Positions 62,753-64,000 of a DNA stretch of 64,000 nucleotides are shown in pieces; position 1 is the stretch's first letter; each line of letters starts with the position of its first letter. Source of the DNA: Thiotrichaceae bacterium UBA973 (GTDB lineage Bacteria > Pseudomonadota > Gammaproteobacteria > Eutrophobiales > Eutrophobiaceae); contig DBBX01000018.1 of the NCBI GenBank assembly GCA_002292815.1, positions 61,209-125,208 of the forward strand. Direction: 5' to 3'. Below the pieces are notes generated by a model. The model did no database searches, had not been told where the DNA came from, and worked only from the letters and a program-made list of their open reading frames with translations. A program made the position numbers and the translations under genes.

Positions 62753-62771
62753 CCTTATTCGCTAGCTGATA

Positions 62772-63869
62772 TCAATAAGGTGAATAAACGCCTCCAAGTA
62801 GTACGGCCTTTGTAGCCCCCGTCACACTAGGTAAATTTGCTGTTTTATTTTCGAGGCGTTGTTTTGCGAGCCAAGCGAAGGTTACCGCTTCAATACAGTC
62901 AGGTGCCAATTCATAATCAGCGGTAGTTGACACATTCATCTCTGGAAGTAAATCTTGAATTGCTTGCATCAGTAGTGAGTTATAAGCACCACCACCACAA
63001 ACCAGTACTTGGTCGTAGTTAATAGCGTGTTCTTTAATCGCACTAGAAATTGTACTGGCTGATAACCTTAACAAGGTTGCTTGAATATCCTCAGGAGATA
63101 TTTCAGAGCTATATTTAATTAAATTCGTTTTTAGCCATTCCAGGTTGAAATATTCTCGGCCAGTACTTTTAGGTATTGCTTGAGAAAAGTACGAATCGTC
63201 CAATAACAATTCAAGTAGTTCACTGTTTATTGTTCCAGATTTAGCCCATAGACCATCTTTGTCATATTCTTTGTTTTGATTTAATTGTGTCCAATCATCG
63301 AGTAAACCATTGCCTGGACCGGTATCAAAGCCAATCACATTAGTATCATCGTTTGGTAGTAAGGTAATATTTGCGATGCCACCAATATTTAAAATGATAA
63401 TGGACTTGTTGTTTTGTTGAAACTGATATTGATGAAAGGCACTTGCTAGTGGCGCACCTTGACCGCCATGTGCCATATCCATTCTTCGAAAATCGGCAAC
63501 TGTGGTAATGCCCGTTTCAGCACAAATGACATTAGGATCAGAAATCTGTATTGATGTTTTATGTGTGGTATTTGGTTTATGTAAAACAGTTTGCCCATGA
63601 CTTCCAATGGCGATGACTTCTTCTGACTTGATCCCTGCTTCTTTTAATAAGCTAATCACCGCATTTGCAAACAGGAGACCTAACTTATGATCGAGATCAG
63701 CGATATGGCCTAGATCACTTTTCTCGTTAATCAATCTAATCTGATGTCGTAGAGAATTTTCGATTGGGTATTCACGGTAAAACTTTAGATTAGCCTTATC
63801 ATCAAACTCAACCAACGCGGTATCTAATGCATCCATGCTGGTGCCAGACATAAGTCCTATGTAGTACAT
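62772..63869 (-). CDS. anmK: anhydro-N-acetylmuramic acid kinase
   Basis: 365 aa; N-terminus MYYIGLMSGTSMDALD and ASKHA-fold ATPase motifs. Confidence 0.9.
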   Translation of the reverse strand: MYYIGLMSGTSMDALDTALVEFDDKANLKFYREYPIENSLRHQIRLINEKSDLGHIADLDHKLGLLFANAVISLLKEAGIKSEEVIAIGSHGQTVLHKPNTTHKTSIQISDPNVICAETGITTVADFRRMDMAHGGQGAPLASAFHQYQFQQNNKSIIILNIGGIANITLLPNDDTNVIGFDTGPGNGLLDDWTQLNQNKEYDKDGLWAKSGTINSELLELLLDDSYFSQAIPKSTGREYFNLEWLKTNLIKYSSEISPEDIQATLLRLSASTISSAIKEHAINYDQVLVCGGGAYNSLLMQAIQDLLPEMNVSTTADYELAPDCIEAVTFAWLAKQRLENKTANLPSVTGATKAVLLGGVYSPY

Positions 63870-63913
63870 GATGACCTTATGAAATTTTTTTCAATGGGAC
63901 GGAGTGATTAATG

Positions 63914-64000
63914 CTAACCGTCTTCCATTAAGGCACTTAACTGCTTGGAAGACTCTTTTGTTTGCTGAGAGGCGAGGGCACGTTTCCCTGTTAATTTGTT
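63914..64000 (-). CDS. 3' end of an unidentified CDS running off the window (possibly an M23 peptidase by Pseudomonas-like synteny)
   Basis: Open minus-strand frame ending at a TAG at 63914-63916 (...LSALMEDG*); identity not determinable from 28 residues. Confidence 0.3.
   Translation of the reverse strand, partial: NKLTGKRALASQQTKESSKQLSALMEDG

Overview
This is an AT-rich (about 40-45% GC) gammaproteobacterial chromosomal segment, densely packed with housekeeping genes and no obvious mobile elements. Reading left to right: a DUF411 metal-binding protein and a methyltransferase; then a nitrogen-assimilation supercluster, glnII (eukaryote-like GSII) - Hanks-type Ser/Thr kinase - glnA (GSI) - two tandem DUF4124 paralogs - ntrB - ntrC; then hemB, a fatty-acid-hydroxylase/ArsM-like methyltransferase operon, folD, and an M48 peptidase / small membrane proteins / two YbjQ operon. 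Next come plsC-gmhB-glyS-glyQ, a GldG-type ABC exporter cluster (ATPase, ABC-2 permease, GldG, DUF4340), an MmsB-like dehydrogenase, an M20 dipeptidase, and two paralogous lipoproteins, the larger carrying a 33-bp x 6.7 tandem repeat and a cytochrome c domain. These are followed by a gamma-carbonic anhydrase, two phosphate importers (DUF47+PiT and a YjbB-like Na/Pi-PhoU fusion), speE, the classic mnmG(gidA)-rsmG(gidB)-parA-parB-atpIBEFHAGDC-glmU block, a C-N hydrolase, rraA and a SIMPL protein. A low-GC islet holds a membrane protein, an FkbM methyltransferase and a DUF3012 lipoprotein. The window ends with hemL-thiE-thiD, a rubredoxin missed by the ORF track, a membrane-fused spermidine-synthase-like protein, hemJ, tlpA-like, DUF4126, and argC-DUF6776-bactofilin-erpA with divergent anmK. 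I found no CRISPR, tRNA, rRNA, IS elements or phage genes. The most unusual items are the Ser/Thr kinase wedged between the two glutamine synthetase isoforms, a shared GCACTATAATAG(T/C)GC operator-like palindrome upstream of ntrB and glnII, the hendecad-repeat cytochrome c lipoprotein pair, the ArsM-like/hydroxylase operon, the YbjQ/M48 operon, and an orphan terminator with a GC-rich palindrome upstream of argC.
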